A stretch of 42,921 nucleotides of DNA from a virus. How positions within the stretch are numbered: position 1 is the stretch's first letter; every line of letters begins with the position of its first letter. The stretch is taken from IMG/VR virus record IMGVR_UViG_3300022542_000376; one strand, 5' to 3'. The position numbers and the translations under genes are program-made. The notes beneath the pieces are model-generated. The model saw only the letters and a list, made by a program, of their open reading frames with translations. It searched no databases and was not told where the DNA came from. Shown one piece after another: positions 32,175 to 40,863 of the stretch.

Positions 32175-35100
32175 TTGCCTAACTTCTGGGAGTATGAGCC
32201 TCAAACAGAATACTCCTCCCGTCGCTCTGGCCGATTCAGGCGTCGGGCTACCCAAACGGCCTTTAGGCGGTTTGCGCGTTCTGCTATGCAGCAGCGTGGC
32301 TACGACCCTGACATGCTTACTCCTCTAGGAACTGATGTCTCCTTGAGCCCTGGGGAAATGGAGAGCATGGTTCCTGGTGCTGAGCAGCGGCTAAGGAGGA
32401 TGCAGGACCAACTCAAGCGCCTTGCTGACATGGCCGAGATGCCTCAGTTGGCGTTTGGGGCTACACCAGACCCTATGGGAGAGGTTGCCAAGGCCTACAC
32501 TGGGGCTACTCCACAGGAGCGTAGTGCTGCTACCTCTCTTGTAGGTGAGGACTATCTACGCCACCAGGAGCTACTAAAGGAATACTCCCCTGAGCAGATA
32601 GAGATATGGCGGGATGTGGCCCGCCGCACTGATAAAATCATGTTGGAGTCAGGGCTAGAGGGGCCTCATCTAGTGAATGGTAAGATGCTCAAGGATGTCC
32701 ATTGGGATGAGGCACAGGAGGAGGCTGTTCAGCAGGCTATCAAATCACTAAGCTGGGATGAAGTTAAGACTATTAGCCCTAGCAAGGGCCTCTTTGGTGA
32801 TCTTCTAGGCAACTTTGGCAAGTTCATGTCCTGGATGGAACATGGTGCTGGCCCTCTGATAGGTGGCCCGCTGGCTCGTACTGCCGATGAGGGCTTTCCC
32901 TTCCTCGACCCTGAGGGCCATACTGCCTTTGAGCGTGGTGCTGAACTGAGCCGACCTGTGGCCCAAGACCTACTCGAAGGCACTGCTATGCGCTTTGAGA
33001 TGATGGAGGAGGGATTTGAGGAGGTCACAGGCATCCATACCCGTATAGTCAGTGATGCTACTAGGAGTCAGGTTGCAGAGGATATACTCACAGAAGTCAT
33101 CAACCCTGCTGCCCTAGTCCTTGTGGCACCTATAGTCATGCAGGGTACAGCAGGCCTCCGTGGTGGTGCCCTTGCCAACAAGATGGCGTCTAACCTCCTT
33201 GGCACCGGCATGGAACCTGAGTTGGTAGGGGGAACTGCTAGAGGGCTGACTGCTATTTGGAGGGGTGGCCTTGGGGTCCTACAAACTGTCCCCAGGAATG
33301 TCAGGAATACTCGTGTATTCCAGGCTGCTCTACATGGTGAGGCCACTGTACCTAAGATGGCTAGAGCCACGGATGAGGTCGTAACATCCTTCCGGGGGGC
33401 CGAGAAGGGTGGGATGGAGATGGGCCTGTTTGGTACTGAAGGGTCCGGCCTTTATGTGACCGGTGACCGCGCACTTGCGGAATCCTTTGGCGATGTACAA
33501 GAGATTCAGCACATCGCCCCTCGGAATCCTCTCATTGTCAAGAATGAGCCCCTCTATATACTTAGGGAGGACCCTAGGGTGTATGAGGTAGTCAGTTCTA
33601 CTGATTCCCTTTGGGCGCGGCTGAACAAGGAGGCCGTGAAGGAGGGAAAGCTCACTGCCGAAATCGTAGCCCAGAAGGGCACTCACTCCCCCTTTGGGAT
33701 GGAGGCATGGCCTAGAGCGATGAGGCGGACCTCACGCATCCTGGCACAGAAGATTCGTGCGGCGGGATATGATGCCGTTAGGGTACTTGATGTGGATGGT
33801 GCCTGGGAGGTACTGTTAGATCCTAGTCTGACGCGTGATATTTTGGCACCGAATCTACTTAGACGGGCTGAGGAGCTATTTACCTCCTCCAAGAAGGCTG
33901 TAGCAGAGGCCCTGCAAGAGACTAATGCCTACCGTGCAGGAGTCAAGGATGGAAGGCTCTCACAAGAGGCTCTTGATCAGTCTCTTATGGCCTTGGGGCA
34001 GCGTCGCAAGGAGTTCACCAAAGCACGTAAGGCTCTGAACACTGCTCGAATCACTAGTGAGCATGATGAGGTGGTGGCCAGTCTCCGTAGCGCTGGTGTG
34101 AATGATGAGACTTCAGGCCTTATTGGTCGTGCCTTTGAGCAGAGTGCTAAGAAGGTAGTGGCAGAGGAAGTCCTCCTCAACGCTAAGTGGTGGAGGCAAT
34201 GGCCTGCTGCCGTTGTGGGGGTCATCACAGGAACTCCACCTGGAGTTGTAGGCCGTCTGGCTAACCGACGCGAGATACTCCTAGGTGCCCTCCGCCGCTA
34301 CACAGCCGAAACCACTAACCCTATCTTCTCGGATGTCCAAAAGATGTTGAACAAGGAACTCCCTCATATCACCTACATTGGTGAAACCAAGTGGGCTAGT
34401 GAGGCTATGGGCACCTACAAGGCCTACCATGTCATCCAACATCCTGAATGGTATGATGGCCTTTCCTATGCTCTCAAGAAGCGTATGGGTGACGCTCAAG
34501 AGGCAATGCGTATCCGTCTAGAAGCAGCAAAGGCTATGGGCTATCCCATTAAGGCTCTGGATGGTGCCTATCTAGAGCAACTATGGGAAATCCCACAGTC
34601 ACACCTGACCGTTGGGGACGTACCTCTACCTGGCCGTGTAAGTGTTGCCAAACCCCGCCTCTTTGATGACTACATGAGGGGCATCAACCAGGGCTTTGTC
34701 CCAAAGGAGATGACTGTTGAGGAGCTAATGCAGCACTCCTCTGGTCTACTCGATCAGGCTATCTCCGATGCCTGGATGCGCCAAGAGGTTCTTCGTCGCT
34801 TTGGCAAGGTAGGTGGTAAGACAAGGCCAGGTACGGCAGCGTTCCGTCATGTTCTCTACAAGGGTTGGAGTGGCCCTGAGGATATAGTAAACTGGGTCAG
34901 CAAGATAGATGCCCCTGTGGGCTCTAACATCCGTGGCATTGGCAACCTGTCTGCTGCCTTCCGTGGCACCGTGTTCGGCCTCGCTGACATTGCTGTAACT
35001 GGTGTGCAGTGGCCCCTATCAATTGCCCACGGTGGCTTTCAGGTGGGCCTCGGAACCCTTACCAGGTCCTTGGAACTGGCTGGTATCGACCTCTTCCATG

Positions 35101-36974
35101 TCTATGCGAAGGATGCAACCTTCATGGGTCGCCTTGTTGATGGTGCGGAGCATGGGCTTCATGTAGGTATCGGCCCCTCATCCATTACGCTCAAGGGTGG
35201 CACCGTCGTAAAGTATGCTCCGAAGGTGGGCAAGACCATAGATAAGCCTATCTCCAAGGCTATTGATGTGCTGGCTCAGGCACAGTTTGGCCATGCTTTG
35301 ACCTTTGTGCGGCTTCGCATGTATGAGGGCAACCTTATACTCCTCAAGATGGTGGGTAAGAACATTGATGACCCTGCTGTGCGCCGCATGGCTGCTGAGT
35401 GGGCTAACTCCTGTACTGGTGCCTCCCGTGGGGCCATGACTAGAGGCCGTCGGGCCCTTGAAAGCATCTCTCTCACCTCCGTCCAGATGACAAGGGCTAA
35501 CCTCTCCGTCTATGGCCAACTAATCTCACAGCTTAGTCCCAAGGCTGGCCGTATGGAGCGTCTGAGGGCTGCTGTGACTCTAGCCAACCTTGGTGCATAC
35601 ACCTACGGCATTCAATACCTATTCAACTCTGCCTTTGGTGATGGGCCTCAGGAGTGGATACCTGGCCGCTCCGACTGGGCCACTATCCGTATTGGTGGCA
35701 CAACCGTACCCATCATGCCCCAGCGTTCTATCCTCAGAGCCATGGACAAAAGCATCCGAATCATAGAGGACTATGCCAAAGAGGAGCCTGACACCAGCCT
35801 GTCTGATATTGCTAAGGCATGGTCACAGGTGGCTGTGGGTAAGGGCTCTCCTCTGGTGGGTGCTCCTTTGGCTGGCCTGTTTGGTATTGGCTTTGAGCCT
35901 GAAACTGGTCAGTTCCATGTTGGTGACCTTTCACTCAAGGGTAGAGCTATGGGAATAGCCCCTGTACCTCCCCTTGTGGAACAGATTGCCTTCCAGGAGC
36001 GCGATGTCTTGTCACTCACTACTGCTGGTCTTGGCTTCAACCCCTATGATACACTATCAGGTAAGTTGCTCCGTGAGCAGTTCAGTAGTGTCACCAAGGA
36101 GGAGTTGAACTGGGAGAGCCCCGCTCATTCTGCCCTGATTGAGGATACTCCTGCACTTAGTAAGCTGTGGGAGAAGTCTAAGGAGGAGTCCCGCGAGTAC
36201 GGCTCTCAGTCTGCTATAACCTCCTTTGAGATCAAGCAGGAGATCGAGCAGGGTGAGCAGGATAAGGGTATTGTGGTCCTAGCTGAGGCAGTCAAGTCTG
36301 GTGACCCTATGGCTACCCAGAGGTGGTCCGATGCCCGTGGTAGTTTCCTTGGCTGGCGTGATGGCAAGTGGGATGAGAGGTTCACTGCGCGTGATCCTAA
36401 GACAGAGATTGGTGTCCTAGTCCAGGAACTCTATGCCATCAACCCTAAAAGTCCTGAGTTCACTACCTCTAGTGGAGTAACTGACTGGAGTGCCTTCAAT
36501 GATGCCAGGGATGCTGTCAAGGCTAAGATGTCTCAGGCTGATAGAAAGGCTATTGAGGACAAAGAGAAGTTCATTAATCCTGTGGCAGAGGCCATTGACA
36601 AGGAGTTTAGGGCTGCTCAGGACTCTCTACGCCCTCTCTGGGACCTAGAGGATGGAGTCTGGGAGCGTCTCCAAGGCAAGTATCCTGACTTCCAACAGTA
36701 CCCTAACATACAGGGTTTCAAGGACGCTAAGGTCCAAGAACTAATTAACAATGGTGTGCCACAGGAGGACATTGCGTGGCGGCTTGAACGGTTGCCTATC
36801 ATCTCCAAGATTGGTGAGCTAGTCCAGACCATACGGTTCCAATATCGGATGCAGCACCCTGATGTGGATGCTCTCTGGGTCAAGTGGTATGGCGGCACAC
36901 CTGCTAGACAGCAAGCACAGGCCAGGGGGTCATCAACAACTCGTGGACGCTTTGGTCAGCGAAGGAGTCGTTGA
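32175..36974 (+). CDS. Giant 1,599-aa protein, putative packaged/ejected polyvalent virion protein with an ART-like block (aa about 400-552)
   Basis: TTG start with AGGAGG 5 nt upstream. Uninterrupted ORF between portal and scaffold. Motifs FRG / GLYVTGD..AESFG / AAGYDAV / AWEVLLDP. Confidence 0.6.
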   Translation: MPNFWEYEPQTEYSSRRSGRFRRRATQTAFRRFARSAMQQRGYDPDMLTPLGTDVSLSPGEMESMVPGAEQRLRRMQDQLKRLADMAEMPQLAFGATPDPMGEVAKAYTGATPQERSAATSLVGEDYLRHQELLKEYSPEQIEIWRDVARRTDKIMLESGLEGPHLVNGKMLKDVHWDEAQEEAVQQAIKSLSWDEVKTISPSKGLFGDLLGNFGKFMSWMEHGAGPLIGGPLARTADEGFPFLDPEGHTAFERGAELSRPVAQDLLEGTAMRFEMMEEGFEEVTGIHTRIVSDATRSQVAEDILTEVINPAALVLVAPIVMQGTAGLRGGALANKMASNLLGTGMEPELVGGTARGLTAIWRGGLGVLQTVPRNVRNTRVFQAALHGEATVPKMARATDEVVTSFRGAEKGGMEMGLFGTEGSGLYVTGDRALAESFGDVQEIQHIAPRNPLIVKNEPLYILREDPRVYEVVSSTDSLWARLNKEAVKEGKLTAEIVAQKGTHSPFGMEAWPRAMRRTSRILAQKIRAAGYDAVRVLDVDGAWEVLLDPSLTRDILAPNLLRRAEELFTSSKKAVAEALQETNAYRAGVKDGRLSQEALDQSLMALGQRRKEFTKARKALNTARITSEHDEVVASLRSAGVNDETSGLIGRAFEQSAKKVVAEEVLLNAKWWRQWPAAVVGVITGTPPGVVGRLANRREILLGALRRYTAETTNPIFSDVQKMLNKELPHITYIGETKWASEAMGTYKAYHVIQHPEWYDGLSYALKKRMGDAQEAMRIRLEAAKAMGYPIKALDGAYLEQLWEIPQSHLTVGDVPLPGRVSVAKPRLFDDYMRGINQGFVPKEMTVEELMQHSSGLLDQAISDAWMRQEVLRRFGKVGGKTRPGTAAFRHVLYKGWSGPEDIVNWVSKIDAPVGSNIRGIGNLSAAFRGTVFGLADIAVTGVQWPLSIAHGGFQVGLGTLTRSLELAGIDLFHVYAKDATFMGRLVDGAEHGLHVGIGPSSITLKGGTVVKYAPKVGKTIDKPISKAIDVLAQAQFGHALTFVRLRMYEGNLILLKMVGKNIDDPAVRRMAAEWANSCTGASRGAMTRGRRALESISLTSVQMTRANLSVYGQLISQLSPKAGRMERLRAAVTLANLGAYTYGIQYLFNSAFGDGPQEWIPGRSDWATIRIGGTTVPIMPQRSILRAMDKSIRIIEDYAKEEPDTSLSDIAKAWSQVAVGKGSPLVGAPLAGLFGIGFEPETGQFHVGDLSLKGRAMGIAPVPPLVEQIAFQERDVLSLTTAGLGFNPYDTLSGKLLREQFSSVTKEELNWESPAHSALIEDTPALSKLWEKSKEESREYGSQSAITSFEIKQEIEQGEQDKGIVVLAEAVKSGDPMATQRWSDARGSFLGWRDGKWDERFTARDPKTEIGVLVQELYAINPKSPEFTTSSGVTDWSAFNDARDAVKAKMSQADRKAIEDKEKFINPVAEAIDKEFRAAQDSLRPLWDLEDGVWERLQGKYPDFQQYPNIQGFKDAKVQELINNGVPQEDIAWRLERLPIISKIGELVQTIRFQYRMQHPDVDALWVKWYGGTPARQQAQARGSSTTRGRFGQRRSR

Positions 36975-37246
36975 TGAAAACTTGGGCAGAACGTGTAGCA
37001 ACTGCTGAGTCCTCCAAATGTGGTCACTATGGAGGCTGTGGCTGTGCAGCCTTTCAGGGCTGCTGTATGGAGTGTCCTCTGCCCGCGTCGGCATGCGATC
37101 GGCCATCTGGCTGGGGGCACAAGCATAACCTGCTCCGTGACGATGAGATGCGTGAGTTGAAACGAGGAGGAGTACCAGTGCAGGACATAGCCAATAAGTT
37201 TAGCATGTCAAGGCGGAATACCTTTCGCGTCCTAGCAGGGGGGTGA
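36974..37246 (+). CDS. Cys-rich protein with a C-terminal helix-turn-helix, 90 aa
   Basis: GAAGGAG RBS. Eight Cys in aa 16-42, then GVPVQDIANKFSMSRRNTFRVL. Confidence 0.6.
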   Translation: MKTWAERVATAESSKCGHYGGCGCAAFQGCCMECPLPASACDRPSGWGHKHNLLRDDEMRELKRGGVPVQDIANKFSMSRRNTFRVLAGG

Positions 37247-37256
37247 CATTATTGAT

Positions 37257-37286
37257 TTGACAAACTGTGCTCAGACATGCTACGCT
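37257..37286 (+). promoter_or_regulatory. Possible internal promoter (TTGACA, 18 nt, TACGCT) ahead of scaffold and capsid
   Basis: Perfect -35 but weak -10, in a 61-nt intergenic gap. Confidence 0.3.
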
Positions 37287-37307
37287 TAGACCAGACTGGA
37301 GAGTACC

Positions 37308-38282
37308 ATGCCAGATAAGCCACCTGAACCAGACCCAGAGATAATCGCTCTCGCCGCAGCGATTGGTGATGATCTTATACCTGATGTTGAAGCTCCTGCA
37401 CCTCCAAAGCCGGTTCCTGGAGAGAAGAAGGGTGAGCCCCCTGAGGGCGAGCCTGGCACTTCCGGTGAGACGGCTGAGGAGACTGTAGAGAGGGTTAAGA
37501 AGGAAGCCGAGGAGGCTGCTAAGGGCAAGCCCAAAGATGGGGACAAACCTCCAGAGGGGGATAAGCCCCCAGAGGATGACCCCCTCAAGGGTGTTGAGCT
37601 TAAAGTGCTCCTCGAGCATTCTGTCCTAGGCCCTGCACTTCAACATTGGTCTGACATTGCGGGCAACACGCGGATAGCCAATGCTCTTGAGAAGGAGCGT
37701 GAGTCTCTGGCTGCTACTGCGAAGCTCACCGCTGAGGAGGAGCAGTCGGATGCACACTTCGCCTCTATGACCAAGGAGCAAATCGCTGAGGAGATCAGTG
37801 ATAACGATGAAGCCGCGGTCAAATATGCCCAGTTTAAGGCCAGACTACAGGCCGGCACCGGTGGTGGCCTCAACCCGGAGGCAGTAGCAAAGGCCTCCGA
37901 GGTCTATGCTGTCAGCGCCCAGGTGCTCCTCAATACTCAGATGTTGGAGGGTTCAGAACTTCCGCCCGAAGTGAAGGAAGGGTTGAAGCCTGAGAACTTC
38001 AACAAGCCAGGGGGCGCAGGCCTCACTGCCTGGGGAGAGGAAATCTACAAGGCCCTCGTGACCCATGAGGCTCAGATAATAGCTGAGCGTCTCAAGGAGG
38101 AAGGTTGGGAGGCCTACAAGCAAGAGCACCTGGCGGAGACAGACGGAGAGAGGCCAGCTGCCATTGGTGGCCGTAGGGCAGAAGGAGTACCTGATCTCAT
38201 CGGGACTCCCACCGATCAGTTGTGGGATGGTGCTTTCAGGGACAGACCCCAAGATGCGAAACCAAAGGAAGGAGCAAAGTAA
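37308..38282 (+). CDS. Scaffolding protein candidate, 324 aa, acidic and helical
   Basis: Lies immediately upstream of the capsid gene; PE/KE-rich N-terminus; GGAGAG RBS. Confidence 0.6.
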   Translation: MPDKPPEPDPEIIALAAAIGDDLIPDVEAPAPPKPVPGEKKGEPPEGEPGTSGETAEETVERVKKEAEEAAKGKPKDGDKPPEGDKPPEDDPLKGVELKVLLEHSVLGPALQHWSDIAGNTRIANALEKERESLAATAKLTAEEEQSDAHFASMTKEQIAEEISDNDEAAVKYAQFKARLQAGTGGGLNPEAVAKASEVYAVSAQVLLNTQMLEGSELPPEVKEGLKPENFNKPGGAGLTAWGEEIYKALVTHEAQIIAERLKEEGWEAYKQEHLAETDGERPAAIGGRRAEGVPDLIGTPTDQLWDGAFRDRPQDAKPKEGAK

Positions 38283-38285
38283 CAC

Positions 38286-39221
38286 ATGGCTGACCTAACC
38301 ATGCTTGAGGCGGCCAAACATAGCCAGGACAAGGTTGAGCGTACGGTGGCCAAGACCATCGTAGAGGCTTCTCCTATCCTGGAATACCTCCCCATCAAGA
38401 TCATCAATGGCCCTGCCTACCGTTACCACCGTGAAGCTACCCTTGGTGGCATTGCGTTCCGTGGTATTGGTGGGACCTACACCGCTGATTCCGGAGTTAT
38501 CAATCCCGAGTTTGAGCCTCTGGTTATCATGGGTGGTGAGGTCTCTATCGACAACTTCGAGGTTGACGTGATGGGCAACCTCCTGGACCTCAAGGGCAGT
38601 AAGTACCGGATGAAGGCCCGTCAGGCCGGTATCACCTTCTCGGAGTATTTCTTTGAGGGTGACACCGTTGTAGACGAGTTCTGCTTTGATGGCCTTCGCA
38701 AGCGCCTCGCCGGCAACCAGATCATGCGTGCGGCCGATGGTGGGGCCGTTCTAACTCTAGCCATGCTAGACGAACTCTTGGATGCTGTCATTGGCGAGAA
38801 CTCGCAGAAGGTGCTCTTTATGAGCCCCTTCATGCGCCGCGCCGTGACTACTCTTTGTAGGGCCCAGACTGGTACTGCCCTCATCCACTTCACGCAGGAT
38901 GCCTTCAACCGGCAGCAAATAGCCTACGCCACCTGTCCCATCCGTGTTGTTGTCCGTGAGGACGATGGCAGTACCTTCTTCAACTTCGACGAGGACGATG
39001 CAACGGCTGGTGGTGGGAACATGGATACCACTTCTATCTACTGTGTGCGGTTTGGCCAGGACTACGTTCATGGCATCTCCAACAAGGCTCTACCTGGAGT
39101 CAAGGACTTTGGAGAGACAGAGGCCGCACCCAAGCACCTGGGCCGTATCGAGTGGTATCCTGGTCTAGTGGTGAAGCACCCTAGGGGCGCTGCAAGGCTT
39201 TGCCAGATCGACGACGTGTAG
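38286..39221 (+). CDS. Major capsid protein candidate (HK97-fold type), 311 aa
   Basis: Position after the scaffold, size, and an N-terminus typical of capsid families; no search run. Confidence 0.7.
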   Translation: MADLTMLEAAKHSQDKVERTVAKTIVEASPILEYLPIKIINGPAYRYHREATLGGIAFRGIGGTYTADSGVINPEFEPLVIMGGEVSIDNFEVDVMGNLLDLKGSKYRMKARQAGITFSEYFFEGDTVVDEFCFDGLRKRLAGNQIMRAADGGAVLTLAMLDELLDAVIGENSQKVLFMSPFMRRAVTTLCRAQTGTALIHFTQDAFNRQQIAYATCPIRVVVREDDGSTFFNFDEDDATAGGGNMDTTSIYCVRFGQDYVHGISNKALPGVKDFGETEAAPKHLGRIEWYPGLVVKHPRGAARLCQIDDV

Positions 39222-39242
39222 GATTAGCAGGGAGGAGTAGTC

Positions 39243-39533
39243 ATGGAGAACCTACCACCTGGTGTTGTGGAGGAGGATGGCGAGTTGTACCGCTATGTCC
39301 CTAAGACCTCAGCGGATGGTAAGGAGTGGCATCAGCGGAGATTAGTTACCCTTAACTTCAAGGAGGCAAGGGCAAAGAGGGCTGACTTCTACCACCAGGG
39401 CCTCCAGACATGGATTCTGGAAGGCTATAAGCAGGAGAAGGACCGAGCGCCTGCTGACATCATGGCGGATGCTAGTACCTCCGTGACTACCCTTGTTGAT
39501 GATTCAGGGGACATGGAAGGAGAATCTGAATGA
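39243..39533 (+). CDS. Hypothetical head-associated protein, 96 aa
   Basis: GGGAGGAG RBS. Confidence 0.55.
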   Translation: MENLPPGVVEEDGELYRYVPKTSADGKEWHQRRLVTLNFKEARAKRADFYHQGLQTWILEGYKQEKDRAPADIMADASTSVTTLVDDSGDMEGESE

Positions 39534-39970
39534 CCCCCAGAGACAAAAACCTACAGCTAAGAGACTACACTGCACCCCTGGTAGCCTCTGGCAGCACAAC
39601 GGCTATTGAGTGCGAGGGTGGCTTCTATGCCATCGTTAGGTGTGTCGGTAAGATCATTACCGATGCCGATGAGAAGTTTGACCTCGTTGTCGAGGCCTCG
39701 GTGGACGATGAGGCTAAATACGGCAAGATAGGTGCCTTCCCTCAAATCGTGGCCACCGACGACGGCATCGTGATCGCCAGAGTAGTCTACGTTCCCAGGC
39801 CTATCTTGGCTACCCCTGTTGAGGTAACTCATGTGCGTATCACATGGGTATCCGAGGGCACTACTCCTAGTTGGCCCGTGGACATCTGGCTTGAGCCTCT
39901 GGTGTCCCTCGCACCACCAGCGAGAGATGAGGGACTGCTCCAGGGTCTCTGCGAACTCAAGGCCGCATAG
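39530..39970 (+). CDS. Beta-rich head or connector protein, 146 aa
   Basis: ATGA overlap with the upstream gene. Confidence 0.55.
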   Translation: MTPRDKNLQLRDYTAPLVASGSTTAIECEGGFYAIVRCVGKIITDADEKFDLVVEASVDDEAKYGKIGAFPQIVATDDGIVIARVVYVPRPILATPVEVTHVRITWVSEGTTPSWPVDIWLEPLVSLAPPARDEGLLQGLCELKAA

Positions 39971-39993
39971 CTTAGTCAGGGATTCCTCCCTGA

Positions 39994-40053
39994 GAGGTGG
40001 GCAGGCCATAGTGATGGTTTTGTGGAGGCTGTCAGTGGTGGCCTGCCTGCCTC
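39994..40053 (+). promoter_or_regulatory. Strong stem-loop (14-bp stem including 2 G-U pairs, 32-nt loop) after the head gene block; no T-run
   Basis: GAGGTGGGCAGGCC at 39994-40007 pairs with GGCCTGCCTGCCTC at 40040-40053. Confidence 0.6.
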
Positions 40054-40098
40054 CTGGAGGTGGCTGACGCTTAGGTATTAACACGGAGGAACGGCCTT

Positions 40099-40314
40099 GT
40101 GAACCCTTTTGCTGTACTCTTTGCCAGGTTTAAGGGCAATCCGGGATTCGAGGACATGGAGAGTGAGGGTGACCTCTGGGCTGCTATCAACAGGAACACA
40201 ATCAGGGTGGCCAGGGTGGACGAGAGGACAAGGGTTGCCCTGATGTTCATCCTACCTACGATGGGTTTCCTAGTAGCTGTACAGTTAGTTTGCTTGGGAG
40301 TACTGATAAAGTAA
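40099..40314 (+). CDS. Hypothetical protein with a C-terminal TM segment, 71 aa
   Basis: TTG start with GGAGGA 6 nt upstream. Confidence 0.45.
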   Translation: MNPFAVLFARFKGNPGFEDMESEGDLWAAINRNTIRVARVDERTRVALMFILPTMGFLVAVQLVCLGVLIK

Positions 40315-40340
40315 TGCTCTTGGTGGAAGGGAGGATAGAT

Positions 40341-40448
40341 ATGACAAGAAAGCCTTGTCCTGGTGGAAAGCAACGCAGTGGTGGTGCAGGTAGGGAGTTG
40401 GGTAGAGGTGGTCGGCGGGGGCCTATCGGCAAGCCTGGACGGAGGTAA
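40341..40448 (+). CDS. Arg/Gly-rich basic peptide, 35 aa (MTRKPCPGGKQRSGGAGRELGRGGRRGPIGKPGRR)
   Basis: GGGAGGA 5 nt upstream of the ATG; hand-translated; below the track cut-off. Confidence 0.5.
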   Translation: MTRKPCPGGKQRSGGAGRELGRGGRRGPIGKPGRR

Positions 40449-40450
40449 CC

Positions 40451-40723
40451 GTGCCAGCCGAGAGCGAAAGACAGAGAAAGGCGGCAGGGGTGGCCCTAGC
40501 TGTCAAGCGTGGTGAGGCACCTGCATCTACGCTCAGGGGTGCCTCCAAGCAGATGGCCAAGATGACCCGTTCGCAGTTGGAGGACTATGCCCGCAAACCT
40601 CACAAGGCTCAGACCACCTCTAAGGTTGCTGGCCTTCACAAGGAACACAAGTCTAGGGCCAAACGTGCAAAGCCGAAGTCCCACCGTAGGTCATCTCACA
40701 AGTCTAGTAAGGGAAGGAGATAA
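40451..40723 (+). CDS. DUF3008-like basic protein, 90 aa
   Basis: GTG start with GGAGG upstream. QRKAAGVALAVKRGE...LRGASKQMAKMTRSQLEDYA matches the DUF3008 pattern from memory. Confidence 0.55.
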   Translation: MPAESERQRKAAGVALAVKRGEAPASTLRGASKQMAKMTRSQLEDYARKPHKAQTTSKVAGLHKEHKSRAKRAKPKSHRRSSHKSSKGRR

Positions 40724-40725
40724 TC

Positions 40726-40860
40726 ATGCCTACACGAGTCCAGAATCTCAAAAAGGAACTGGAGAAGGCCAAGGGAGCCAGTGCTAACCACTTTGAGCAG
40801 CTTCAGGGGCAGATAGATGTTCTGGTGAAGTACCTAGGGGCATCTGAGAAAAGGAAGTAA
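40726..40860 (+). CDS. Small helical protein, 44 aa
   Basis: ATG 2 nt after the upstream stop with GGAAGGAGA upstream; hand-translated. Confidence 0.45.
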   Translation: MPTRVQNLKKELEKAKGASANHFEQLQGQIDVLVKYLGASEKRK

Positions 40861-40863
40861 CAC

